From positions 62,001 through 126,000 of the forward strand of contig JAMDHS010000058.1 in assembly GCA_029717555.1 (NCBI GenBank): a stretch of 64,000 bases of DNA, given 5' to 3'. Both the position numbers and the translations under genes were made by a program. Under the pieces are notes generated by a model. That model had not been told where the DNA came from. It saw nothing but the letters and a program-made list of their open reading frames with translations, and did no database searches. Origin of the DNA: Peribolospora baueri (taxonomy: Eukaryota). Shown piece by piece: positions 11,232 through 24,098 of the stretch (within the stretch, counting starts at the first letter, position 1; every line of letters begins with the position of its first letter).

Positions 11232-11901
11232 ATGTCCTCTTCCACGCCCACTACAATCCTCGCCCGTCCCCCAAGCGCTTCCGCACCAGGCGTAGAAGTC
11301 ATTCTGGCCGACACGCCCGAGCTGCGAGAAAAGTGCCTAGAAATCCGGTTCAGCGTGTTCGTCGACGAGCAAGGCTTCTCGGCAGAGGTGGAGACGGACG
11401 AGTGAGTTTTGAGGATCTTGTCCGGACTGGTATACGCGTCGATGAAGCTTTGACTGATTACGGCTTGGCCCGCACTGTGACACAGACTCGACGGAGAGGC
11501 GATACATATGCTCCTCCGTCTCTCCTCGCCTCCAAAAACGCCCCTCGGAACGGTACGCTACGTGCCGCGGAAGCACAAGCTGGGTCGTTTAGCCGTGGTG
11601 GGAGAGCACCGCAAGTGGGGTTACGGAAAAGTGCTCGTGGAGGGTTTGGAGGAGTGGGTGAAAAAGAATGTGACGAATGAGGCAGACAGGATGGTCGTTT
11701 TGAGCAGTCAACTTCAGGCCAAGGGTTTTTATGAAAGGTGAGTAAGGCTACGACACGACGCACTCTGCTTAGGTGATTGTTACTCAGGTCGAGCTCACCT
11801 TTCTTGCGACGTGTTTTGCGCTCAGATGCGGTTACACCGCGGAAGGCGAAGAGTACATGGAAGAGGGCGCGCCGCACGTTTGGATGGTAAAGCGACTTTA
11901 G
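11232..11901 (+). CDS. GNAT-family N-acetyltransferase (ElaA/YjcF-like), 3 exons
   Basis: CLEIRFSVFVDEQGFSAEVETDE|LDGEAIHMLL...LGTVR...KLGRLAVVGEHRKWGYGKVLV...SQLQAKGFYER|CGYTAEGEEYMEEGAPHVWMVKRL*; contains the acetyl-CoA-binding RxxGxG motif. Confidence 0.9.
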
Positions 11902-12773
11902 TAGCAAGAGTCGGTAGAATGCCCACTTGCCGGCTATCCCTGGTTGGTTTTTCCAGAGCGAGGAGGGTCTTTTTAAACTCGGCGGCGGAGGTCCACACAT
12001 ACCCACCGAGCCTGTTACCTGTGCGCGCGACTTGGGGTCGATGATGGACATAATAGAATGCATGTTCCCAAGCAGGATCCTTTATTATTCGATTCATCGT
12101 ACAAGCTGCCCTGACGAGGAGGCGGATCAAGGGCAGCTGCGGTGGAAGAGAGAGGAAGACGGGCGAAAATGAAGCGGATGGTGCGTCGCGTCGCGTCGCT
12201 CGTCCATCCGACCGACACAACCATCGTCCGCTGCACGACGCCGTGTCCGGAGGCTGGCGGCGCGGCCACGTGAGGCTCCCAAGCGGCAGTGACCGATCTC
12301 GGCGTCGGCGTCGGCGTCGGCGTTGCGCATGGCGGCGTTTCGACCACGCGGTCGGCGTTGCTGGTGTGCGAGACAAGGCGCGAGTGGAATACAATGACGA
12401 CGGCCGGAGGTAAACGGTCGTGCGACGACACTCCCACAAGCTCGCAGCTTCTCGAGATCAGTTTGCATCACGCTGTCCCAACCAACTGCCGCCCATGCCC
12501 ATGCTATGCTGCTGCACATGCCCTGCCTGCGCCACATGGTCCAACGCTTCGCCTCGTCCCACACGTCTCGCGACTCGTGCGCCGAGGCAGACAGTAGGGA
12601 GGGACGGATAGACGCAAACAGGAGCGGGGCGGCGACGGACGATGGACGAACGACATTCTGACCCTCATCACTTTAAAAGCGGCGTCGTTTGTCCACCCTC
12701 CCCTCACAGCTTCTTCCCAACCTCACTATCACCCCCCCCCCCCACCTTTGTATCTCCCACCGCACCGACAGAG

Positions 12774-13328
12774 ATGGCCACCCCCGTCTATATCCAATAC
12801 CCTGGCGACGAGATCGTGTGTGAGACGACCGACGTCTCGCCTTTGCCTTTGCCGCCCCTCGCCTCGTTTACCAGGCAGGCGAACTAACTCCATTCCTCCC
12901 TTCCCAGTCGCCATAGACTCCAAAGGCGTCCCACTCGGCGGAGGCCCGGGCGCGGGGTACGGCGGCGACCCAAAAAGAGTCGAAGCGGCCGCGGAAGCGC
13001 AACGCAAGATCCAAGAAGCGGCTTCCAAGCCCGATGGGACGCGCAAGGGCGTCGTCGTTCAGTTGCTCACGGACGGTATCGTTGGCGGAACGGCGTTCAA
13101 GACGCTCTTGTGGGCGCAGGAGGATGCTAGGTATCTGGTCAAATTGGAGGATGGCGAGACGGTGCGTCTGCCTTTTCTTTTTTCTTTTTTCTTTTTTTTT
13201 TCCTCTTCTCCGTCAGAAAGAAAGATGGTAGGGAGAAAGCGGCTGACGACGACCTCACCCTTCCCCAACAGACCGAAGTATGCGCCTCGTCCATCGTCGA
13301 AGTCATCCCGTCCATTCGCGGAGGCTGA
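12774..13328 (+). CDS. Small (~116 aa) protein, probably of the Hva1-type Tudor/SH3-like family, 3 exons
   Basis: Splicing gives MATPVYIQYPGDEIV|FAIDSKGVPLGGGPG...RKGVVVQLLTDG...AQEDARYLVKLEDGET|TEVCASSIVEVIPSIRGG*. Introns have GTGAGA and GTGCGT donors and CTAAC/CTGAC branch points. The 'PGDEI..G.V..LT..A.E..RY.V....GET' pattern resembles fungal Hva1_TUDOR proteins (from memory). Confidence 0.65.
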
Positions 13329-14167
13329 ATGTAACACACACACCCAACGCAACAGAGCACAGCAGCCCCACGATCAATTTCCTCCATTCGTATATTCAAG
13401 ACGCCTCAATCGATGCTTCCTTATTCTTTCCTTCCCACCTGCTGCCGCTTCTCGAGACCCCGCTTGGTCTGCCCGGCTAGCTGCTTGTACTCTATTCTTC
13501 CCTTATTTGTTTCCCTCATGAAACGCCCTCAAGCATGAGTCAGACGAACGGCGGACCAAATCCCTCGTCTAGCCGACGAGTCGGGAATACGTTCAATATG
13601 TAGTACGATTCGAAAGGTTGTGTGGCGCTCTCGTCGTGTACAAAAAATGCTCGCCACCGACCGACCGCGCTTTAAAAGTCGCTCGCGGGGGAGGCAGGCA
13701 ATAATGAAAACCCGGTAGGTAGACGGGAGGGACCGCCCCGCCGGATCGGGCCACGCTCGTGCCTGTTCACATGTGGAAGACGGCTCTGAAAGAAGGGAGT
13801 GTGCGGCCCACCGGCAAGGCGCAGCCCGGGGCCCGGGGGAGGGACGGTTGGGAGGGGGGAAGGGGGGAACGAGGGGGGGACAGAGATGTTGTACAGTAAT
13901 GAGAAATGGGAGGGTAGGAGGAAGGCGAGGGATGGCATGACGTGCTCGAGAAACGATACACTCGCGGACGTCATGCTGACTGGTAAAGGGAAATCCGGAG
14001 TGGCGACGGATTCGCAGGAAACTGGGGGAAAGTGCCGGTGCCCGACGACGGCGCTCAGCGCCGATGCCGATGTTCCGCCGGTCCAAAGAGAACTAGGCGG
14101 ACAATATGACCGTTCCCCGCTATGTCGGCTCCGCCGAGATTTGGCCCCTGCGACCGTGTATGCATCT

Positions 14168-15690
14168 TCAGGCGCCGACGGGCATGCTGACGGACCTGCC
14201 GCCGTTGCAGACGCCGTCGAGACCGCTGCCCCCGACTCTGGCGCCGAGGATGCCCTTAATGGCCCTACGCCTAATCCGGGAGGCAAAGTTCTTCGAACCC
14301 AGCTCGCTCACCACCGCCGCGGGAGGCCCGCGAGGCTGACGAGTGGGCTGAAGCGTTAGCTGGGACGGAGGGGATCCGGCGCCGCTGGAACGGTCGGGAC
14401 CGACCTCACTGCGGATACGAGTTCCGAGCGGGCGACGGAGAGGGTTCAAGGGAGCGGCGCCCATACCGAGGCTGCGAGGAGCGGACGTGACGGCGGGCGC
14501 GGTGTTCTCCTTCCCAGCCTTGTCGAAGCGCGTCTCCTCTTCGCTTCCCTCACTGGTCGTGGGCGTCTGACTGTGCTCGCTACCCCTGCCCTCGCTGCCG
14601 AGGCTGGATGTGTCGGAATCACCGGCGCTGCTCGTGTCAGGGAAGAGCTCGTCGGGTCTGGAGAGTACGATGGTGGGGGATCGAGGAATTGGTGCGGCCA
14701 TGCCCGCTCCCGAGGACGGCTTGCGCCACGAGGAGCTCATGGAGCGGTGACCGGGAAGGGGCGCCGTCCTGGGCGCGAAGTGGTCCATGTCTGGGTAAAC
14801 GTCGACGTCCTGGGGTTCGTCAAAGGTGCTTACGTGGCCGTGCTGGCTGAGATGGGCGTTCTGAGCCTGCTGAAGCCTCTGCCTGGCGCGAAGCGCTTCG
14901 TGGACCCTGCCCTGGGCCTGGAGGCGCAGCTCGGCGGCGGACGAGGCCTGAGCAGTGTGCATGCTGCCGACGGTAGCGGTGCGAGGTGGGTCGCTGGCGA
15001 CGATGTTGGAGTGGAGGAGGCTCAACTGGACATTCTGCAGAGCTTGAGCGAGGATGGCTGCCCGTTGCTCGGTCTCAGCTTGAGCTTGAGCGAGGAGGAG
15101 GCGTTGGTGTGGGTGAAGGTTGAACTGCTGTTGCTGCATCTGCTGCAGCTGAAGGGACTGGATGCGGAGGCCCTCGAGTTGCAGCTGCGGTCCGAAAGGG
15201 AAGACAAGGGTCAGCGGGAGCGTGGCGACGCCAAGGAGGCAGAGAAGGGAGACGAGACGCGGAGGAAGGAGAAGAAACACACCTGAGCGGCCTGGATCGC
15301 CTGGATCTCCATCTGCGCTCGACTCTGCCTGGGTGGCGACGAAGTAGAAAGGGGGGGCAAGGAAGGGGAAAAAAGAGGAAAAAGAGGAAAAAGAGGGGCG
15401 GGTGGAGAAGGCGAGGGTGAGACAATGAGAGGAGAGAGAGAGGGCGGGGAGGGGAGAGAAGGAGGGGGGGGCAGAAAGAAGAGGAGGTGGTGGTGGGTGG
15501 AGGAAAGGATGGTGGACGATGGGCGATGGACGATGGGCGATAATAGATTGAGACACGACGAGGCGGGACGGACGGATGGACAGCAGCCGGGGCGACGACA
15601 GACGGACGGCGCGGCCGGGCGAGGCGAGGCGAGGCGAGGTGAGGCAACTCACCGACCGACCGACGGACTGAACTTGGCGTGCTGCGGCAT
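14168..15690 (-). CDS. Uncharacterised Q-rich disordered protein with a C-terminal RQPRGPP...GSKNFASRIRRRA motif, 3 exons
   Basis: Exon 1 is 15690-15653 (MPQHAKFSPSVG, GTGAGT donor). Exon 2 encodes RQSRAQMEIQAIQAAQ (GTGTGT donor). Exon 3 runs from LQLEGLRIQSLQLQQMQQQQ to the stop at 14168. Phases join consistently. Confidence 0.75.
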
Positions 15691-15860
15691 AGCTAACCTC
15701 GGCCGTTCAAGTCACTTGCTAATCACTCTCAGGCCGATATATTTAAATCGCTCCTATTCTCTCAGCCCCATCGCGCCGTAACCCTCCGCAGCCGGGCGGC
15801 GGGACTGCGGCAATCTTCCCCACCGCCACGTGCCGATTTACCCAGGGTAGAGACAGACCA

Positions 15861-15880
15861 CAGTCAGTCAGTCAGTCAGT
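15861..15880. repeat. (CAGT)5 microsatellite
   Basis: cagtcagtcagtcagtcagt followed by cggtcggt, read directly. Confidence 0.9.
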
Positions 15881-16627
15881 CGGTCGGTAGGGTCAGTCCA
15901 GCTCGAGGACTCCGAACGACGTCCATATGAACCGCTCTGAAGGGCTGGGAATGCGAAAGCTGTTTCGCGACTTTGAAAAGGGTAGCCGCGAGCCGCTTGG
16001 ACCGACCGTTCAGTTTTACGTTGGGCGAGAAGCGGTGAGCGGGTGCCGTTCGACGACCGCGCCATCTACTCCGAGTTCTATCGCCGGAGTCGAAGCCTCG
16101 CCCGCGGACACCACGCTCCTTCTTTGCCCCATCGACTCGTCCCCCAATAGGGTTTCGTGTCGTCGTCCATTCGTCGACGATCGAGTTCAAAGCAGATCGC
16201 ATCGACCTGCGTTGCCCTCCCTTCTCACCATTTCACTTTCGGTTGCTCAGCGGAGATCGGTCACCGTTGTCTGTGCGCGCATGTCGGGATCCCTCCCCTC
16301 TGGAAGCCTTGGGGTTACGGGCACCTACAGTCGAGCAGCCCTGCCCAGCCGCCGCGGGCGTTTGGGAAAGACTGGAGGCGTCCGGCATCGTACATGCAGT
16401 CTGGAGGCATTGCCAAGTAGAATCATGCAAGGTCAGAGTGTTTTGTCTGCCTTCCTTTCTCCCCGCCTCTTTGGGTGTTCGCAAGAGACCACGATCGCTG
16501 GATGGATGGATGCTGTGACGGCCGAAAGGTTGCTGCGGCGCGCGACTGCATCCAGTGATCGATCGGTGGCCATATATCGAGGGTAGAAGTTTGTTCGGCG
16601 CTCTCTTTATGATCACCAGTAGAAAGG

Positions 16628-17744
16628 ATGGCCACAGACGTCTCAGCTGCCGCTCCCGCTCCCCAAGGCACCCACGGCCAGGAAACCCCATCATCCCCCG
16701 AAACCACCGTCTCACCAGAACACGCTGTCTCCAACTCGGACGGCCGAGGAGGATCTTCAAGTGCTGAGCACGCGGAAGCCGGTCGCGACGATGAGGCGGA
16801 GGTGCGAGGAGAATGCAAAGACGAAAATGGCGCTTTGGAGGGGCGGAAGAACGTGACATCGGAGGCTCAGCAGGAGGAGACATCAGAGGCCGGTAGAGCG
16901 AGCGGCTCGAAGACACGAGATGGTGCGGAAGACGAGGAAGAGCGGAAACCGGACAACGTTGGTTCTCCATCATCCACTCCACGGCCAGAACAACGTGCCG
17001 AGACGGGGGCAAGCTCGCACGCTTGGTCTGCCGTCTGGGACCCTGCGCGGGGCACGTATTACTTCTGGAACACGCAGACCGGCGAGACGACCTGGACCAA
17101 CCCTCTCGACCCATCCTCGACCCAAACGAGTGGCGGCGGCGGCGGCGGGATCAGCGGTCTGCAGCGTCAACGCTCAGCGGGGCCATCGAGCGCGGTCGCG
17201 GTCGGATCGACATCCCCCGCGGACAATGAACCTCCGCGGACGGTCTCGGCCTCGACGGCTGGCGACTTTGGCGGGATCGACCCGGATCTGGCGTTCTTGG
17301 ACCCCACGCTGAGCGCTCGCGCGCACGGCGGTTCCTCGTCCCCCTCCGTCGCCGGTCACTTTGATCCCCGCACCGGCCGCTTCATCCCCGCCTCTCAGAC
17401 GCAGGGCGTCGGCGCTCGCTATAACCCCGATAGGGTGGGCGAGGCGGAGCGTGCGAAGAGGCAAATGAATCACATGTTCGATTACGATCGGTGGGTGGAG
17501 ACGACAAGTTCGGAAAGGGCGGAGGGCAGTGGCGAACAAGGCGACCTAGAAAGCGGTGGTAAGAAGCGGCCGAGCAAGAAGGAGTTGGTGAGTTGCGCTG
17601 CCTCGTCGAAAGAGGTCGGTCGCCCTTTCGCTCCAAGGGCATCCTGAGCTGACCGCAAGCATCTCTTCTTTTCCTTTGAAGGAACAATTCCGGGAACGCA
17701 AAAAGCAGAAGAAGACGAGCAAGCTGTCCTGGCTTCGGAGTTGA
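16628..17744 (+). CDS. WW-domain protein of a conserved fungal family, 2 exons
   Basis: WW domain WSAVWDPARGTYYFWNTQTGETTWTNP, then GGIDPDLAFLDP, HFDPRTGRF, ERAKRQMNHMFD and the basic end KKRPSKKEL|EQFRERKKQKKTSKLSWLRS*. Confidence 0.88.
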
Positions 17745-18428
17745 TCCTGCTTGTACATTTTATCCCACCGTGTCTAGCTTTGTAATTGTAACTCGAGTTT
17801 CGTGAGTGTTTGCGCTCCATGGATACTTTGGCTCTCCTCCTTCGAACTGTCAGCCGTCAGCCCTCTGGGTCTGGTCGGGCCCAGGACGCTAAGAATTTCA
17901 TCGGACGCGCTTCCCGCGTCCATGTGCCCGCACAAAAGCAACACGTGGACTCTGCGATATGATATGATACCTAACACGGACGACACCGCCCGCCCCCGCC
18001 AGCGCCTTTGTGAACCACTGTCATTTGGAGTTTGGTTGGGGCAGACATTGCCAGATCCAAGCGTGAGTGAGGCCTCGGTGAACACCTGCCCACCACTTGT
18101 CTATGATGGCAGCTTTCAGTCCTGAACACGCGCGGTCTGTAGGCTTTCCGCGGCGAGCTTTAGCGGTCAGATTGGCTTTCGGGGTGGCTAGACACAGGAG
18201 CAGACTTTGGGCAGAGGGGGACCGGAGGGTGGTGGGGAAGGGGGGGAGGGAACCTTGGGTGTCAGAGACCTAGAACGTCCTCCTCTGTCGCTAGGGGATC
18301 TTGGAAAGAGAGGCAAGGAGATGGGTGGTATTGTCACGCAAAGAGCTCCAAAAAGGGCGTGCGTGTACAGCCAGAGCGGCGCGGGATCCATCGGGCCAAC
18401 AAAGCAACGACCGGCTCAGGGAACTACA

Positions 18429-21400
18429 CTACTTCTTCCACCATGAAGAGCTTGCGAATCCACCCGTGCTCAGCGACGACGGCAGGTCGTCCGCAGAGCT
18501 ACCACAGCTGTTTGCCTCCAACTCGTCCGAAGTGAGCTCCAAGACGATTTCGTGGTGGCCACCATCCGGGCTTCCATTGCCGCCGACGAGGTTGACGAAA
18601 TCAATCTTGCATCTGCTTTCTTGCTTCTTTCCGTCGATCGTTACGGATCGCACATATGCTCGCGTTCCGATGGGGAAGGTGCTGTTGAGCGAGCGGGAGT
18701 CAAAGTTCTGCAGCAAACAATGTCTCGCAAAGCAGTGAGTTTACGGGCCGACGGGCCGACGGGCCGACTGCGGTGGACGACCAGACAGACAGCAACGAAA
18801 CGAACCTCGGCTCGGATTGTAGTGCTGGCGTTGAAAAATGCATTGTGAATCGTGTATTCTGGCGTAAACGGAGACAGGATGAGGTACTCGGTCGTAGAGG
18901 GCACCGGGTACAAGCCGAGCAGATGGAAGATGAGGAATGTTGCCATGGCCGCTGGTTTAAAAGAAAATGGAATGAAACGTCAGACCACCTCTGGGGGCAT
19001 CATTCGCAATGTAACTTACCTTGATCGTCATTGCCTGGCAAGCCACCCGCGGTGGTGCCAAAGTTGTCATAAACCACTTTGCGCGATTGCTTCACGCTGG
19101 AAAACGCCAAGGACACAATCAACGCGAGTGAGCTCCACATCCCAGGGAAAAAAAGGAGGATACTAAAAATAAAAACGAGCGCACCTTGCCGTGGGATTGT
19201 TGGCATAGTGGAACATCACCGGGGTTTGGAAGGAAGGCTCGTTTCTGGAGAGCGCCCCGATCCGAGTAAGTCGTGGTATCCGCAGAGATAGATGAATGGC
19301 GCACGGAACACTCACCCAGGATCGTAGTAGCCATTGTCCTGTAAATGTCGCCGAGAGCGGAAGGGAGTCAGAGCGCAACAGTGGCCGGACGGTGTTGCGC
19401 AGCCGAGGACGGCGCTGCATGGGTGACACTCACGAAGAAATGGTGCAACCGACGGACATATTCGGTCTTTCCACCCATGAGCTCCATCAAACCCGCAGAG
19501 TCGTGCGGTGCGAAAAACGTGTACCTGCAAATCAGGATTGCGGACGAAGGCGCGTGAGGAGGATCAGTATCTTCTTGTCTTCAAGGGGGTCGTCGAACCC
19601 CACACCGGCGACGCCTCCCTCAGTCCGCACGATTCTATTTCCAGATGATCAATGATGGGAAATGAAACGGCTTCTGTACGCACTCCCAGGAAGAAGCCTC
19701 ATAGAAGCCAGTCACGGTCGCTTGCTGGAGAGAGCACGACCTGGTGCTGTTGGTGTCCAGAGGCGAACAATCCTTTGGATTCTCATAATAATACGTCCCA
19801 TTCGGGAGGCGCTTCTGGGCGCTGGCGACGAAAACGAGAAAGAAACAGAGGACGGCCAAGGTTAAGTACAGTACGTATTCGGTGTGCGCACCGAGCAAGG
19901 CCTTGGAAAACTCACAAGCCCTTGAAGCCGTCGCTTGTCACGCTCGGATCGAAGACGTTGCGGTACCACAGTGACCGGTTTGTGAAGAGCTGTGTGTCGT
20001 TTTCTTTGCCGAGGACGAATGCAACTGGGTAGAAGACGACGACGACGACGAAAGATCAGCAAACATAGAAAAGGGCCAGGAACGGTTAGGTTTCGAGAGA
20101 CGACAAACCTTGACGAACGGCAAAATCGTTAAAGGCGTACTCCAACGTCCTCGACCCTTCGCGAGTCTGTCGACCGGTGCCGGCTGGGTCGAAGTATCCG
20201 AAGGCTAACGTGGACAACGAGACGATCATAGAACCGATCATAGATCATTCCACATGGTCAAGTCACACCACAAACAAAGGGGCTTGGCGCCACGACTTAC
20301 CGACGTAGTGGTTGTCTACCCAGTTCCGAATCTGCCTTCCTCCAAAGTCCCACTCAGGCGGCTCCAAAGTCGCATCGCTGTACAAGGCATCATAGAGCTG
20401 ACCCAAGTCAACGCCAAGGTCCTTGGCAAAAGGCCAATACTTGACGGCAAAGTCGGCAAGAATGTTCGTGCCATCGCTCCCGCCTTGGGTTAGTCCTGGG
20501 AGCTGGTTGGATCGGCATTCTGGGATTGCGCCCAAACGCCTGAAAGCGCACGCACGCAGCGTCAATGACCTGTTTCAAGCCACCTCCGCAACCAGATGGC
20601 GTTCATACTCACCTCCAGCCGTCGACGTAATTATTCACAATGTCCGCAAAGTCATGGGCAGAAGTGAGGGACAAGAGAGGGTAAAAGGACCGGAAGGTGT
20701 CCCATCTTTGCTGCAAGCGAAGCGCGAGGACGCGACAGAGAGTCCGGTCAGTCACTCAGTCACTTTGACGAATCGCCGCCGACCGTACGTCCAAGGGTTA
20801 GTGACGGACTCACGAGCAGTAGAGCGAGTCGAAGAATGGCTGGTCGGTCGGGAAGGGCGCTTCGTCCGTGGCATTGTTTGGAGTTAGGAAAGACCTGTAG
20901 AAAGAGGAATAGAAGAGTTCGAGGACCTCCGGGTCGGTGTCGCGACTGTATGCGCCGACGAGAAAGAAGAAAAAGGGCCCCGCCCCCGCGGCGTCAGACC
21001 TGACAAGGTAAAAGTCGAATCAGGCTTGACCGGCATGTTAGCCCACCTGAGCTCGATCCGACGAAGCTTCTTATTCCAGAGGGCCCGACTCTGCCATGCC
21101 AAGCTGTCCAGGTCCCAGTTGGGCACCTCTTCCTCCATATTCTGACAAGCCTTGTCGGCACTGTGAAAGCTGACTCCGACTCGGATGGTGATCTCCCAGT
21201 CTTTACCATTCGATGCTTTGGGAGCATTAGAAAAGGAGGCAAGGATGCCGGCTTGGACGGGCTGGCCGCCGACATAGTTTTCCGTCAGGTTGAAGGAGTT
21301 CTCGTTCTTGAGCTTCTGGTCCATTCCGAAACTGCGAGGACGTCGTCGACTTTCAGTGGCCTGGCCTGTATGAAAAGTTCATTTGTGGAGCCGCGCCGTG

Positions 21401-23313
21401 AACAGGACTCAACTTGTCACCAGCCCAGACGCCCGTCTCGTGGAGGGTCTGCTTGCCATTGTTCAGCAGGTCCATGCACACGTGAGCTTCGTAGCGCTCC
21501 AAGCCCGAACCGAAAGAGGGTACGAAACGCCCGCTGGCCTTGAGCCTTCCGGCGTTTCTGTCAAACGTCATGTTACCCCCTTTCCACGAGCTCGGAAGGT
21601 CGTTCGTGATGTCGAGGATGAGGAAAGGCTGGAGGTAAAAGGGAAAACAAAAGAAGTAATTGAGGAGCCGTCCATTTTAGCGGACCACAACGTCCGGGAG
21701 TTGCGCACCTTGCTACCCGTCTCCTTGAGCAAGCTCTCAGGGAAAGTAAAGCGCTCCAGGCCGGCACGCCTCGTGGACGACATCTCCATCTTGATTCCAT
21801 TCTCGAGCGTGCTAGTGAAATAGCCGGGCGAGGCTGTATGCGACGGGTGAATCGGTCAGGCGGGGATACGCTGCAGTTCATAGACGAGGAGAGCATAATC
21901 GCACCAAAGTCGGTGTTGTTCTTGCGATACAGGAGCCGATCCTCCAAGGTGACGGCGCAGAGGTCAAAGTTGCCGCCGGGGCACACCTGAGGGAAGACGG
22001 GGAAGTTACCGTACGAGCCTAGGCAAGTGAAGGGGCGAGGGAGAGCGGGGTAGGTTTGATGAACATGATACACGCCGAAAAATGTAAGAATGGAATGTTG
22101 ACGCCCAATGACCCACCCGTAGAAGCGCCTGTGCCGCTGTCGTGCAGGGGGCTCACGCCCCAAACCTGCGACGCAGGATCCACTATTGTACATACAGTAG
22201 GAAAAGAAAGGAGGTAAGCGCGAGATGTGGCCAGTGGGAGACCGAGCTGAGAAGGCCTCGTCTGGCCTTACGAACATATATATCCGGCCGGTGCATATCC
22301 TGGCGAGCGGAGATAAGAGGGGGAGGCAATAGGCAATCGGTCAGGCTCCGCGGAGGGAGGGGTCGGACCCTCTGTGCGCACCAGTCATGTCAAGACCGAA
22401 CTGGTGTTGGTATAGGAAGAAGAGGAAGCGTTGATGCGTAAGCGAACGTGACGGAAAGACGGCAGGGCGGTCCTTGAGAGTGAAGGCGGTAGAACGGCTA
22501 CACACCTTTGCCATAGAAAAGGGGACGGCGGAACCGGGAAAGACGTCTCCGTAGTTATCAGTGCCGATGAACTGGCGTCATCGAAGCAGGAGAGATGGAA
22601 AGAACACAGAATGAGGGCTAGTGCAGCTGACGCGGAGTGAAGAGGAGATCAATGGCGTACTGTGTTGACGAAGGCTGGAGGCGCGAAATGCGAGTGGTGA
22701 TCACATCAAGGAGGCGCTCGTGAATCTCTCGTGCTAATAGCCGTTCGGGTCGACGAGCAAGCAAACGATAACAGAAGGACCGCTCACCTGCGTAATCGCC
22801 GTCAGAGACGTTGCGGGGACTCGGAGCGGGTGCACTGGGTGGCTGCGAGGGCGGCGGAGCGCGTTTGGCCGCATCGTGGGCGGGAGTGAGGAGGCCGTGG
22901 CGGCCTTTGTGACGCTTGTGCCTCGCCGCTCCGGTGGTAGCGTTGAGGGATGTGGCCTGGGTGGTGGCATTGGAGTGCGCTCGTGCCTTCCACGTTGCGA
23001 TGGCTTCCTTGATCCCTTTCTTCAGGCTCGGATCGAGAGTGATAGCATCGTGCTTGCCCGAGTGGTCACCGTGGGGATGGAAGTGCTTGAGGCGGAGAGG
23101 CTTTCCAGGAGACGGGTTGTGCTTCGAGACGGGACGAAAGACGGCTTCCTGGACGGAGGAGACCGTGTCTGAGAGGACGGAGCGAACAAGAGCGAGTTCG
23201 TGCTCGGACAGACCGGTGAGCGAGTTGGAGCGCACGCGAGGCGCGGTGAGCAGGGCGAGGAGGATGGAGAGGAGGAAAGGAGCGTGAAGCATGGAAGGGA
23301 GCGTGAGGGCCAT
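18429..23313 (-). CDS. Glycoside hydrolase family 92 (alpha-1,2-mannosidase-like), secreted, many exons
   Basis: Signal-peptide-like start MALTLPSMLHAPFLLSILLALLTAP. Motifs FVNT|FIGTDNYGDVFPGSAVPFSMAK, YGNFPVFP, TQGGSDGTNILADFAVK, SRTLEYAFNDF, NEPSFQTPVMFHY, GLPGNDDQ-AMATFLIFHLLGLYPVP and LPSSLSTGGF. Confidence 0.93.
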
Positions 23314-24098
23314 CTTGACGGACCCCAGTGGGGGAGGAGGGAGAAGAAGATGGAGGTGAGCAGGAAGAAGGCAACCGTCGCCCGAGCTGGCCCGACGAGG
23401 GTTGAAATGAGAAGGCAGGCAGGAGGCAGGCATGAAGGAGCCAAGGGCGTCGTCCGAGGCGGACACACATGATGAGGTGCATACTATACTCGCTGATCGT
23501 CGTCGCACGTACAACCCAGTCAGTCTACCACCTGCCGGCGTCGGGAGTGGTGGGAGCGCCGTGCCGAGTCAGTCGGTCCGTCGTCCATCGCATGCGAAGG
23601 TCTGTAATAAGCCTTCGCCTACTCCTCCGCCTCGACTCGGCACTGAGTCTGAGCGGAGGAGGACAGTCCAGCAACATCCTCCCTCGTACACGTCTGTGGA
23701 CAATGAGCGGATGAGGAACGAGAAAGAAGATCGACGCTGCATGCGCTCGGCTCAGCGCTCCGGCCGCCGGCATAAGACGCGCACCAACCTGCACGCGCCG
23801 GCCAGCAGCCTAATTATTAAGTCAGCTGAGCGGACGTTTGGGCACCACTCGGCCGTATTTTTCTTCTCTCCTACGTGGTGTCACTGCATCTTGTCGAGTC
23901 GATTGCTCATCGTGATTTTTCCGGTCACTAGCCTCGGCCTTTGTCAACAGTCTGCCTCTCTCACCATCCTGGAGACACTTGTTTACTTATGGATCGCCCT
24001 CAGTGGCTCAGTGGAGTAACAGACAGGTCTCGAAGAGCAGCAGATAGATGGGGAGGGAGGCGAGGCGCTTCGCCCACGCGCATGGCGTACAGCCACTA

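Noticed and set aside
11890..11904. GNAT C-terminus -KRL as a peroxisomal signal; TGA-CTA readthrough contexts at gene ends
   Set aside because: KRL does not fit the canonical PTS1, and none of the stops I checked has the TGA-CTA context.
18429..23313. Recent horizontal transfer of GH92 from bacteria
   Set aside because: The gene has many canonical introns and host-like composition, and GH92 is widespread in fungi.
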